Below the pieces are notes generated by a model. That model was given only the letters and a program-made list of their open reading frames with translations. It did no database searches and was not told where the DNA came from. A DNA stretch of 55,194 nucleotides, filler included, from Porpidia crustulata (lineage: Eukaryota), in the NCBI GenBank assembly GCA_964255105.1. It is 4 parts of 4 records of this genome, joined end to end, with 100 filler letters (N's around TTAATTAATTAA, not from the genome) between each part and the next. Parts side by side here need not be neighbours in the genome. Positions count along the whole stretch, not along the records: positions 1 to 13,733 come from CAXUWE010000416.1; 3 more parts are not named here. One strand, given 5' to 3'. Of this stretch, positions 1-11,365 are shown piece after piece. Position 1 is the first letter of the stretch; each line of letters starts with the position of its first letter. A program made the translations under genes and the position numbers.

Positions 1-54
1 CGGGTTTGGGGTGTGCACGGGACCGGAACGTGCACGGGCCCGGGAATACTCCTA
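1..54. mobile_element. Probable terminal inverted repeat (one end) of a Tc1/mariner-pogo (Fot1-like) DNA transposon or MITE
   Basis: A 14-bp direct repeat GTGCACGGG(A/C)CCGG occurs at 13-26 and 30-43 (17-bp period), followed by GAATACTCC and a TA (53-54). The same architecture is seen at 41483-41534. The partner end is not in the window. Confidence 0.5.
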
Positions 55-760
55 ATCTTATAGCTTAGATTGAATACCCTGTAACCCTATAAAACCTCGA
101 TTGATTCTATGGATCTGCTTGATTTGTCGAGTATCGCAAAATTCCTTACCTCTATCCCCAAGCGCTAGCTACCTATATCTAAGCAACTAAGGTGCATGTG
201 GAATAGTAGGTAATTTGAGATGAATTTGGGGTTTTTTAACCATCGAGGGTTTTGATACGAGCCTAGGTCAATTTATACAATACGTGTCATGTGTGCTCCA
301 CGCCAATTTGCCGGCGACCGTAGTATAGATAATAGTAGCGCCTCGCTATTGGATTCTCTATTGTGCTATATTACTTCAATAATACTTGTCGAAGGTGGAC
401 GAAGATTACTCGAAGTGTCGTGAATAGCGAGACCTTTATACTCAACCAGCGTGACTTCGATGCTATGGTTGTGTTATGCTGCTGACCGCTCTTCCACCAT
501 CCCTTGTTCCATCGCGTAGGTGGGCGAAATGAAGTGAAATCTAGAGATTCAACCACCAACCTCCGACCGTCAGTCGCGCGCGAGGCTCCTGGAACAAAAG
601 GCTTCAATCGTGACTCGCGTTTGTGACTGAAGTGTGGCTTCACTAGTAACCTAGTACTCCGGATTGAAATTGTAGGGAAGAAGCTGATGTCTGCTAGCTT
701 CGACAGATCCGAGCTTGGTGATCATCTCGCTCCCGACGGGACCATCTGCTACTTCAAGCT

Positions 761-3607
761 ATGTCAGCTTCGACTGCCTCACCCAGTATCTTGACCGAGA
801 CTATAACACAACCAAATGGGAAGCGAAAACGAGTGGTCAGTCCTGAGCACGGCCATGGGACGATCAAAAAAAATCACGCTCAAGATAATCATCTCGAAGA
901 ATTTCATGTGCTACTGAAGGACATACTCGTGATCCTCAGGAGGTTGGTCCAACTTTCATACTTTCGCCTATCTACTCACGACAACCCTACACATTATACG
1001 GATGTATTATTGCCACTGACATTGCTCTCCTTATATAGCTACGATACCACACCCTCCATACTACATTACCCCATTACTCTAGCGGTAGACCAAGGTCATG
1101 CCACAAAACGGACTAAGCTCACAGAACCAACTACGAAACCCACAATCTCCTCCCGGATTGAATCAAACGCCTACGCTGCGATCCAAGACTTCGCTGCGGA
1201 CGTTGAAGAAGCGGTGACGAGCGTGACTGCTGATCTGTCAGATCATGGCGATAGAAACGATCCCCAAATATTTCCTGCAAATGTACGTCAGAATCAGGCT
1301 GAGCTTGTACGGATTACGGCATTCCAGAAAGAGCTCAACAATGTCATGCTCAGAGAGATGGTGCAACGGCCTGAGCTCTTGCGCAAAGGCATCGAAAATA
1401 GCCTCAATTTAGATGGAAAGGAAGCCATAAAAGAAAGAAAGACGAAACCTGGGTGGAATCCTAGTGAGAATTACACGGGCGGCATAGTTTTGACACTGTT
1501 TGGTGGTGCTCCCCAACCCAAGCAACTCTTCTCTAGTCTACAACAGCCTGTGCCTTCCAAGTCAGAATTGAAGCAAGAAGGCTCTTTCTCTAATAGGCCG
1601 GACAATTATATTGAGCCTCTGATATATGCGCCTCTCAGAGAGCTCGCATTACCCAACGGTATCTCAACTACACGGATTATTCCGATACACAGTACTTCTT
1701 CAAGCGAAAGCAACAAGGTGCCGAGCATTGGAGAATTGTTTGCGCCTCCTCACACTCTTGCTCCGCTCAATCCTCCAAGGCAGTCGAAGCATACGGCTAC
1801 TAGAAGCTCCTCTGTCAACTGGTTCAACGCTACCGAGGCCCCAGCTTCTGGTAAAAGTCATCGAAAAGAAAGCTATACTAACCAACCTCTGACTACCCCT
1901 CATTGGCTGACATACAATATTGTTCCTCCTCCGAAAGAGCTTACCTCGCCAGAAGCCAAACGAAAGCAGCGAGATCGCGCGTTAAGCATTGGAGAGACTC
2001 AAGGTACATTGTCTCAAGAAGCAATTGCAGAGCATCAGCAAGCCAAAGAGGATGCCTTATTTCGTAGCGCATACTCGAGCTTTGCTCCTGACCGGGATAA
2101 TTCTGCAGCGTTGGTTTCTGAACGTACGAAGAACAAGATTTGGTGGAATCGAACGGGCGAGACTAAGTATCAGATGCTCTCTACCCTGCAGAATGATGGA
2201 GCGCTTGGAACCTCCGAGGATAATACTGTTGACTACAAGGTTGACGAGATAGCCCTATTCAAGGAGGCTGTTGATGATTGGAAGCCAGAGGATCTCCCAT
2301 CGGAAATGAAAGGACCGGGGAACGGATCTGGGGAAACGGCAGAAGCAGCTAAAGACGTGGATGAGATCTTGCAAGGCATTTCGGAGCTTCTCGAAACCTT
2401 GAACTCCCACCAACGTGTTAGGAATTTGACACTTTCCAGTAATACTCGAACCATTGCGGGAACGAATGCACAATCGAACACTTCTTCTGGCAGCCCGAGC
2501 AGCCCCTCAGCTGCAGAGTTTGATGTCTATGATATGCTCAAATCTCAATTGACCGTCATGGTCCAGATGTTGCCACCTCATGCGCTTGCTAAATTGGATG
2601 GCGACAAACTCGGAGTGCTTAATGTTAATACTCAGATCCAGATTGAGGGCAAAAACTACAAGGGTTCCATGGATGAAGATGAAATTACAAGCAGAGCAAA
2701 GCTTGGTGCAAATGCTGGATATGCGGCACGATCGCTCAATGCTACTACAAGCTTGCCAGCAAGAAGTACTGGGTATCACCAAAGCACCACCCCTCTACCA
2801 GCTTCCCGTTCGACGTATACACCACAGACTACATTTCCTAGACCGGCTCCCGGTTCGACCACTCACCTCCCGAACCAGCAATATTCGAGCCGACCAGCTT
2901 CAACCAACCACCATTTCTCAGGTAATTCGCGCTCGTCTTATCCGCAACAGCGTCCTGCAATGTCGGCGTCAGAGCGCTACTCATACGGTACCGCCCAGCA
3001 TTACACTCCCCAACCATCGCAAACCACACAAAGTCAGTATTCCAATGGTTACCGCCAGTACTCGGCTGCCAATGGCAGTTCCTACAGTCAGCAATACTCA
3101 AGTCCTCAGCGTGGGGGGTCTTCCGCTGCAAATCAAACACCTCAGCAGCGCCCGAGTCAGCCTAGTTATCAGCAACGCGCCATGAATTCGCAAGGTTATG
3201 GGCATCCTCCTGTGGCCGCTGGCAGAAGCGCCTCACCACCCAAAGCGTCATCCGCGTACAGCCCTCCACAGCAACAGCTTGCTGCATATCCCGCCCAGAG
3301 TGCTACTCCAAGTCAGCAGCGACCACAGTTGTATCACCAACACTCGTCCCAATTTGGCGGACAAAGTTCGACCTCAGTACACACTAATGGCACAGACCCG
3401 GTGGCATCAGATAGTCAGCGAACACGCATGACGGCAAACGAGCAAGCCACGCTGATGAACAGGCAGAAGGCGCAATTGGCGGAGCAGCAGACTCCCCCCG
3501 CCATCCATGGCTCGGCTACTCCACAACCTACTAAAGGCATGTACAGTAGCCAGCAAAACGGATCGGTGACGGTGCAGCAGAACGGCGTCGTTGCAGGGCA
3601 AGTGTAG
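761..3607 (+). CDS. Conserved nuclear protein; degenerate bromodomain-like N-terminus, SSFAP motif and Q/S/Y-rich tail (possible Rsc58/BRD7-like)
   Basis: 948-aa ORF that probably includes an in-frame 96-nt intron (943-1038, GTTGGT...CTGAC...TAG). It has an NLS-like KRKR and the motifs TISSRIESNAYAAIQDFAADV, WLTY and LFRSAYSSFAPDRD. Confidence 0.85.
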   Translation: MSASTASPSILTETITQPNGKRKRVVSPEHGHGTIKKNHAQDNHLEEFHVLLKDILVILRRLVQLSYFRLSTHDNPTHYTDVLLPLTLLSLYSYDTTPSILHYPITLAVDQGHATKRTKLTEPTTKPTISSRIESNAYAAIQDFAADVEEAVTSVTADLSDHGDRNDPQIFPANVRQNQAELVRITAFQKELNNVMLREMVQRPELLRKGIENSLNLDGKEAIKERKTKPGWNPSENYTGGIVLTLFGGAPQPKQLFSSLQQPVPSKSELKQEGSFSNRPDNYIEPLIYAPLRELALPNGISTTRIIPIHSTSSSESNKVPSIGELFAPPHTLAPLNPPRQSKHTATRSSSVNWFNATEAPASGKSHRKESYTNQPLTTPHWLTYNIVPPPKELTSPEAKRKQRDRALSIGETQGTLSQEAIAEHQQAKEDALFRSAYSSFAPDRDNSAALVSERTKNKIWWNRTGETKYQMLSTLQNDGALGTSEDNTVDYKVDEIALFKEAVDDWKPEDLPSEMKGPGNGSGETAEAAKDVDEILQGISELLETLNSHQRVRNLTLSSNTRTIAGTNAQSNTSSGSPSSPSAAEFDVYDMLKSQLTVMVQMLPPHALAKLDGDKLGVLNVNTQIQIEGKNYKGSMDEDEITSRAKLGANAGYAARSLNATTSLPARSTGYHQSTTPLPASRSTYTPQTTFPRPAPGSTTHLPNQQYSSRPASTNHHFSGNSRSSYPQQRPAMSASERYSYGTAQHYTPQPSQTTQSQYSNGYRQYSAANGSSYSQQYSSPQRGGSSAANQTPQQRPSQPSYQQRAMNSQGYGHPPVAAGRSASPPKASSAYSPPQQQLAAYPAQSATPSQQRPQLYHQHSSQFGGQSSTSVHTNGTDPVASDSQRTRMTANEQATLMNRQKAQLAEQQTPPAIHGSATPQPTKGMYSSQQNGSVTVQQNGVVAGQV

Positions 3608-4650
3608 TGAGGCTCAGGGAAAGGGGCGTTCATGCGTTGATAGTGTATCACGCCTCGTTTTGACAGCGTTGCTTGCTGGGTTTGATGTAAGAGGCAGACC
3701 ATGATTACATGTTCTCCAGGGAGGTCTCGAGGCTTTCCTTGGTTGTAGGTATAGCTCCGATTGTAGAATGCTTTGCCAATTGATCGATAGAAAAGGTCCT
3801 AACCCTACTGCTCGGCTGAAGAAGCCATTAGATCTGTGGCCGACGGATGGCTTGCAAATGTTGCAATGATAAGTGAATGTGCCCCAAATTTCTGTGCGTT
3901 GGTGTGACGTACTGTGTGCCCATTGCCCACCCTATCACCATGGGCCGATTAGCTGATGCAGCCAGAGCGACGCAACGCCAACACACAAACAGATGTATAA
4001 TACATGATACATGATGGTTGCCGAATTAAAGCGAAACACGCATAAACGCCGCCTCCTGTTCATCCCTCTTCCCTTCCGCCTTTCCCAAACTCACCAAGGC
4101 CAAAGTCTATTGTGGGTGACAAAGACTTACAGCCGAAGCAAGGAGCCAGTGCTTTTTACCTGCTGGACATGCGGGCAAGTGCTGACGGAGCGATAGGGCA
4201 CTGATCGTATCACTTGCTGCTCTACTATCTACTATCATTGTTGCTGTCGTTCGTGCGATTCGATGGCCCGCAGATCGTGGCGGATAAATTGTGGGCGCAA
4301 CGCCTCGAGGTTCCAATGGTTTAATTATGGCCATGGCCTCGTTGGATTGTTTCATCACCGTTACATGTGTTGATCTCCTATTTCTTCGTTCGCAATGACA
4401 TATACCGCAGTCTATTGTCTTCTCTTCTACAACTCCGCGTCGTGTCTTCAGTGTTTTTGCTCCTCGTTGCGAACCCCTCGGACGATTTGATTTCTACGTA
4501 TCATCGCTGACATCAGACGGGCGAAACTCTAACCTGACCTGCAGCTTATCGTGGGAACACGAGAATTGAGCTTCTCGTTGATATCTACAAAAGAATCGAG
4601 ACGAACACCAACGCATCACGGACTTCCATTTACGGGACAACATATGTATC

Positions 4651-6364
4651 ATGCCGTCCGCTACTGACACTCGTCGCCGGTCCTCCAAGCCATCAAATTT
4701 ATCATCGAAACGATCCAGCCCGATTTCCGCTGGCACAAACATCCGATTTGGCAAAACTAGGAGTAACTCAACTCCCAACCCAGAGCCAGTGTCACGACTG
4801 AGTACACGCCAGCCGAGGCAAAATAGGACGAAGAAAGAAACTATCGATGAACAATCCAACGTCAATTCGCCGGTTGTGGACGAGTTTCCAGAAAAACCGA
4901 AGAGTATCAACCTGCCAGATGTCTTCACTTATCTAGAAAAAGATGAAGATTGTGATAGCGAATCCGAGGAGGAAATTACCGAAGCAACTATCACTCCGGA
5001 TGATCCTGTATGTGCTAGTCCCCAACCAGAGCTTCCGGTGCCGAATACTCCCCACTACAGCGACCTCGAAGTACACGCCCACGAAGCCCACGAAGATGAT
5101 ACATGGCGGCATGCTAATCAACACGGCGCTAGCTTCCACTCAGACTCTGGGGTTTCTATGGGTTCCTGTAGCCCGGAGATACCTTTGCATAAGCTAAGGC
5201 GGAGGCGATCAAGAGGTAGTACTACTGCGTGGCCGGATGATGTAAATAGGATTCCAGTGCCGGAATCTTATGATCTGGATAATTCTTATGGACTATTGTC
5301 TCTGCCCAACTTTTCTTCTCCTTCGCAAACTTGGGCATCTACGGCACCACCAGACCTTAACGACACACCAGAAGCTTATTACACTTCAGCACCGCATACT
5401 TTTGCACAAAGACCCCGGTATCCTAAGACACCAGTACCAGAAGGGTTCTCACCGGCTATTGGCCAAGATGTAGAGGAAAGCTTGCACCAACACGGCCACT
5501 CCAGTGAAATAATAGAAAGAAATAGTGCATCTGGCTACAACGTACTGGCTTCACCTATCGACTCAAATAGTGAAGAATTATTGCGGCCAATCTTCCGTAA
5601 ATTCGAAACTTTGAATAATCGAATGTTACTCTACCTTCAGGACGAGATTTCAGAAATCGAGGAGAGACTCCTTGCATTGGATAATACTATTACGCAGGAG
5701 GATCAATACTACGGTAACAGACAAACACCTCGAAGATCGGATGCCAGGTTTCCATCGCCTTTACAATGGCAAAGGAATGACTTACTGGCAAGAAGTGTCG
5801 TGAAGGTGGAGCAATACAGTAAGGACATAACATGCATGTTGTACCAAGTTCGAATACTGACAATTATGAAGATCGTGCTCTGGCCTCGTACAGCAATCTT
5901 ATAAAGAGCCTTGAGCCGGCATCCACCCCTGACATTGCAGCATATCGTGAATGGATTGCAAAGCGTGCGCCTGTTCCCAGGGAAGAAACTGCCTTTCTCG
6001 AGCACGAAGCGGATCTCATCGTTGCAGCGTCAGCCAAGGCCATTACTTCACCACCTTCGTCGCCGCAAGAGGATAGGGAGCTTCAGACTCATGTGATAAT
6101 CGTCGCTTTCACTCTTGTTTCGACCGTCGTTGTGTTCAGAGTTGTACCACAGCTCCTCGCACGGCTTGTGATCAGTGCCATGGTCGGAATAGCTTCTCTC
6201 TATACATTGCAGCCAACCGTAATTACTAACCCGAGGGCTATACGAGATTGGAGGAAGGGGATTGCAATGTAAGTCGTTTGAGAATAGGCCTAAGGTGAAT
6301 ACAGACTAACCTCTTCGCTAGCTACGTGGCTACGATGCTGGTACTTGCGATAGTCGTGGGTTGA
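4651..6364 (+). CDS. DUF6594-type protein with C-terminal transmembrane helices
   Basis: Three exons (introns 5819-5871 and 6269-6321). The junction restores EQYNRAL. Motif PIFRKFETLNNRMLLYLQDEISEIEERL and hydrophobic C-terminal helices. Stop TGA at 6362-6364. Confidence 0.85.
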
Positions 6365-7060
6365 TATTATATCTGTGCCCTTTCCGTGAATCACTCAGGC
6401 ACGCAGGCACGCCAGGGAGCTCGACAAGCCCTATCAAGATCTCGACAAGATCACCAAACTCGTCAAGAAAGGCTTACCTTTCCAAGATTGTAGTAGTTGG
6501 AGCCCTATGGAGCCTCCGCGGCCTCTATATTGCCGGAAAGCGCGTAGGGTGTGCCACCTTGGGCAACCCTCCGAGGATCATGCATCCATGTGTCCGTTTC
6601 GGTACGAGCCATCACCATTTCTTTATCGGACGCGGCTAATACTATATTTGCCAAAGATTCCTGATCTATAGTGTTTCTCTACTGGAGTTGCCTCTTTACA
6701 AGACCTACCGCCTAAAGATCGTACTAATACGCTTGTTAAATACAAGCCGTCATCACGTTTTGTATACGATGTTCTCGGCGAGCTAGTGGCTTGCCTTTCA
6801 CGAGAGAGATATCAGAGGCTGGGCTCGGAAGCCCAACAGGAAATCGAACGAAGAGCAGGAGCTTCTCAGGGAGGATTTCGTCTGTACCAATAGTTGTAGT
6901 TCAATAATTATAACCGGATCGTACCAAGGACTTTTATATTCGCACTAGATGAGTAAACTAAGCCTATCTAGGCCTAGGGTAAACCGATCATCAAGGGATA
7001 TTGAGAAATCCAAGACCAAACATCAGCAGCGATACCATGTATCGGTGATCTTTCTACTCA

Positions 7061-8059
7061 ATGCTGCTCTCCGCCTCTTTCTCCAGTAAACTGGCCTTCC
7101 AGACCCAAAGTTGGACAGGCCTTGCTTGTAATAGTACTCTGAGAAAGCATCGATTTCTGCCGAACACTTGGTCCAGATCTCTAAGTAATGATGTGAAGGT
7201 ACTTCACTCTGGGCTCTGCATTTGCTCATTAACTCATCAAATTCAGGTGAAGCATAAGGTGTTCAGCGTTCCACTGAAAAGCCGAAGGGCCTACTTGAGC
7301 CGTGGCGGATATCTTGCTCAACCACCAAATCCGTCTGTTTGGCAGCAATATGGACCAAAGATTGTCGTTTGGGGGTTTGTCGGGCTTTGCGCAGCCGGTT
7401 ACAGCTACCATCTGTACTCATTGGCCCAATTCTCCAAAAATGGTGATCGACGGCATGTGGATCTGATAGAGCAGAATTTTGTCAATTCCCGCGAGAACCT
7501 TCAACACGGACGATGGTGGACTCTAATTACCTCGAGTTTCATGCACTTCGAGTTGTGGCACATTGGAATCAACATGTTGGGTCTAGTAAGTTTGGGTCCA
7601 GGTGCCGTCAGACTATTCGGTTCTAGAGGTTTCCTGGGACTTTGGTTCATATCAGCTCTCGGATGTGGAGCCACCGCTATAGGTTGGGAGTATTTCCAGG
7701 AGCAGGAGCGTAGAAAGAGACGGCAAGACCGGATGACAATCCCAGGCTATCAACTCGTCAAAGATGATCCTACTACCTCTACAACATTTGCAAGATCAAT
7801 CGGCGCTTCTGGCAGCTTGCTCGGCGTGATTACTGCTCTCGGTTGTTTTAATCCGCGGGCGACAGTCACCGTCTTCCCAGTTCCAATTCCTATGAGTATA
7901 GGTTTAGTTGGCCTGCTCTTTACGACCTTCAGCCTGGGTGCCATGGTGACTGGAATCATACCCGGCATAGGGCATTCAGGGCATCTGGGCGGTATGGCAT
8001 TGGGAGCCGCGTACTACTACGTTCTACTACGGCGAAGGCTACGTTTTCGACCACTTTGA
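7061..8059 (+). CDS. Rhomboid-family intramembrane serine protease (mitochondrial PARL/Pcp1-like)
   Basis: Motifs GRWWTLITSSFMH, HIGINM, catalytic GASG and GHSGHLGG; basic/Ser-rich presequence-like N-terminus. Possible in-frame intron at 7199-7246. Confidence 0.9.
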   Translation: MLLSASFSSKLAFQTQSWTGLACNSTLRKHRFLPNTWSRSLSNDVKVLHSGLCICSLTHQIQVKHKVFSVPLKSRRAYLSRGGYLAQPPNPSVWQQYGPKIVVWGFVGLCAAGYSYHLYSLAQFSKNGDRRHVDLIEQNFVNSRENLQHGRWWTLITSSFMHFELWHIGINMLGLVSLGPGAVRLFGSRGFLGLWFISALGCGATAIGWEYFQEQERRKRRQDRMTIPGYQLVKDDPTTSTTFARSIGASGSLLGVITALGCFNPRATVTVFPVPIPMSIGLVGLLFTTFSLGAMVTGIIPGIGHSGHLGGMALGAAYYYVLLRRRLRFRPL

Positions 8060-9263
8060 AATGTCACGGGAAAATAGGCTTGTCAATCGTCCCTGAAGAA
8101 ATGTTAGGCATCACCATTCGTTTCTAACAAGGACTCTATTGCAGAACGCCAAGTCCTATGCTGCCAATGAAGACAACGACCTTTGGCTGTGAGTCTGTCA
8201 ATATAAAGCGCCCGGTGTAAATTTTGATGAGTCTTACACACGCTTTAGACAAATTCGATAGAAATCGTCCACCGGTAGTGCAAATAAAAACCCCTCCGTT
8301 CCATTGTTTACAGGCCGGGAAGAAGAAGCCAGATTTCGAAATAGGTCCGACGATGCACTCATGTATCCAATCAGAAGTACACATGGCAAATATCGATGGT
8401 GGTGATCAAGGGGAGATATTGACGGGCCTCAAGTGAAGGAGATCTTGAGCGGTGGTTGAAAGTGGACTCTCGTTATGTTCAACTTGATCATTAAAATCTC
8501 AAAGGCACTCACGGACATTTGGGCTCGTGAAGCTTCCCAAGCCCCGTAATCATATCTGTATATACACCTACTCATGGTTTCACAGAAATGGCTTACAAAC
8601 AAGGTACCGGACTGAAAATCGGTGGGGTTCTGGTGACAGGGCGTGCGCGATCCCTCAAGTCTGACCGGCTCTTCCAATTCTCCGGATACACGGAGCTTTG
8701 CCTGCATCGGATCAAACCTCACAACGGCGACGCTCCATCTAATACGACGATCCTCCCTTGTAAATCAAGAAGATGAGAAAATCCAAATCTTAATTCTCTT
8801 CGTGGCATTCGACTCAGCCAGTTAAATGCGGCTATACCCTTTCAGGCTCGCCCCTTAGCCGCTTCCATGGGTAGGTAGTACAGCTCAACCATTGTACAAA
8901 TTGATCTCCACCAGAAATGGCCGTCAAGGCTTTGCGATCGGCAGTTTGCGTGCGTACAAAGGGCAGCTACCTACCGTTCTCTTTACCATCATATGTCGCC
9001 ATCATACTAAACAGGGACCATTACCTTCCCAACTCACCCTGGTTCAATGGCTTCACACGCGTGCCTGAGGGGCCCACTTTTGTGTAGGTACCTCTTCTAC
9101 CAGTTCGAGAATATAAGTCGACCTGCACCGCATGTAATTGCAATTCTTTCAACGATATCATCCTTTCCTTTGATCAAGGTCCTTGTTTTTCCTCACAACG
9201 CATATCGAGCCCCTGTTGGACAAACCATATATCGTTTCATATTTTCCTGTTTCGTACATACTA

Positions 9264-10856
9264 ATGGGTATCCGCAAACTTTTCCTGTTGCTGCTCCATG
9301 TTACGACTCTGACGTCTGCACTCTCATTACCATCACTGTATGCTCCTATTCCGGCGGCATGCCCTAGTACTCCACTTGTCCGCCCTGCGGATGGTTTGTC
9401 TGCCTCCGAATCGTCTTATCTGCACAATCGCAAGCCCAAGGCAGACGCTTCCCTCAAGGCATGGCTGCAGAAAACCAACCCCGCCTTGAGTACTTTAAAG
9501 CTGCCCAGAGTCGCTCTGACCAGTAGTGGAGGCGGCTATCGTGCCTTGCTCTGCGGCGCTGGCGTTATACAAGGTCTTGACGCTCGCGATAGCAACGTCA
9601 GCACTAGCGGGCTTTTTCAGTCTTTGACATACCAGACTGGCTTATCGGGTGGTGCGTGGTTATTGTCGTCATTTTTTGGAGCAAATTATCCCACGATTAC
9701 GTCGTTGAAAGAAGGCCTTTGGAAGCAGGCTTTTCAGGACGGCCTTGGAAACCCTGGCGCGCCCGCGTACGTCGCGATAACGGACGATGTTGTGTCCAAG
9801 CAGGATGCAGGATTCCCACCTACCCTGACTGATCCCTGGGGCAGACTGCTATCGTACCAACTCCTGTACGGGCCTAACGGCGGCGTCGCTACACGGCTGT
9901 CCTCCATTGCGTCTCTTTCCAGCTTCACAAGTCAAGTTATACCCTATCCTATCATCACCGGACTCGGGGTCCTGAAAGGGCAGTGTCTGCCTGGTCCTAA
10001 TGCATCAACTTATGAGCTCACGCCGTATGAATTCGGCAGCTGGAGTCCTGGGATCAGTGCTTTTACCCAGACAAAGTATCTTGGAACCCCGTCGAGTAAT
10101 GGCTCTCCGAGCAACGGTATCTGCATCCAGAATTATGACAACCTTGGCTATGTCTTGGGGACCTCAAGTAATATCTTCAATGAAGCTTGCCAGGATGCAC
10201 CTACAACGAATATGACGTCTGGCCTTCTTGGTGATCTAGTAGGAGTCCTAGGTAAGGCCCATGCCCTCGGTACTCGTGACGAGTATGCTGTGTATTCGAA
10301 TCCGTTCCGTAATTATGCTAGATCATCACTGGTCTCAAATGAAGAAGAGTTGTACCTGGTTGACGGAGGCGAGGTGTTGCAGAACAATCCCATCTTTCCC
10401 TTACTTCAACCATCTCGAGGTGTGGACGTCATCATCGTCAATGATAATTCCGCCGACAGCAACAATTTCCCCAACGGCAGCGAGATCCTGACCACCTACG
10501 TGCAATCCCTGAACGCAGGTTTGACGAAGATGCCCTTTATCCCGTCCGTCGAGACCTTTGTTTCCCAAGGCCTCAACAAACGTCCGACATTCTTTGGATG
10601 CAACGACACCACCAAAATCACCATTGTCTATTTGCCGAATGTGAATTATACGTTTCCGAGCAACGAGCCCACTGCAAAGCTGCAGTATAGCAAGGACGAA
10701 ACCGAGGGCATGATCGCCAATGGAGTGCAGATTGCAAGTATGGGCGGGAGTTCGACGTGGCCGACGTGCTTAGGGTGTGTTTTTGTGCAGAAGATGGGGA
10801 CGGTCCTGCCGAGTGCGTGTCAGATTTGTTTTAGCACGTATTGCTATTTCAAATGA
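9264..10856 (+). CDS. Secreted lysophospholipase / phospholipase B (PLA2c domain)
   Basis: Signal peptide from the ATG at 9264; motifs SGGGYRALL, catalytic GLSGG, LVDGGE and RPTFFGC; intronless. Confidence 0.95.
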   Translation: MGIRKLFLLLLHVTTLTSALSLPSLYAPIPAACPSTPLVRPADGLSASESSYLHNRKPKADASLKAWLQKTNPALSTLKLPRVALTSSGGGYRALLCGAGVIQGLDARDSNVSTSGLFQSLTYQTGLSGGAWLLSSFFGANYPTITSLKEGLWKQAFQDGLGNPGAPAYVAITDDVVSKQDAGFPPTLTDPWGRLLSYQLLYGPNGGVATRLSSIASLSSFTSQVIPYPIITGLGVLKGQCLPGPNASTYELTPYEFGSWSPGISAFTQTKYLGTPSSNGSPSNGICIQNYDNLGYVLGTSSNIFNEACQDAPTTNMTSGLLGDLVGVLGKAHALGTRDEYAVYSNPFRNYARSSLVSNEEELYLVDGGEVLQNNPIFPLLQPSRGVDVIIVNDNSADSNNFPNGSEILTTYVQSLNAGLTKMPFIPSVETFVSQGLNKRPTFFGCNDTTKITIVYLPNVNYTFPSNEPTAKLQYSKDETEGMIANGVQIASMGGSSTWPTCLGCVFVQKMGTVLPSACQICFSTYCYFK

Positions 10857-11365
10857 GAAACATGTACCACTATATATTTAATGTTCAAGATCTAGAATAT
10901 ATATTCTTCCGAAGATTGATGTTGGCTGTATCGGGATTCTCGACAGCCTGTCAGTGCGTTCAGAGATAGACGACATCAGTAATTCGGAATGAGTGATGAG
11001 ACCTTTGTGCCGTATTGAAGGGCAGTCTGCTTGCGAAAAGTCAAGTTTATATGCCATCTAATGGTGAGTAGAGTAGGTATCACGTGATTTGGAGGCCAAG
11101 AGTATCCTTAAACTAGTGTACTCCCTAAGGCTGTTTGCCGGAAAAAAAGCTACGCAGAATTGATCAGCCGTTAATTCTCATGACATGAGTAAAGTCATGC
11201 TGAATGCTGAGCGCTGACTGTGAGACTTGGATATGTTTTCAGTGCTCTTGAGTTTGCAAAGTATTGTTTTGTTATAGCGTTTAAAATAAGTTCATGTTCA
11301 GCGTGTCGCTTCATCGTACTCTCATCCAATTTTATCAACGCTCAGGTATCCCATTGACGACAACC

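Noticed and set aside
8136..8825. Short ORFs faintly resembling a HET-domain N-terminus (SDWIHEC...VRLIKI)
   Set aside because: No ALSY.WG or other HET core motif; too weak to call.
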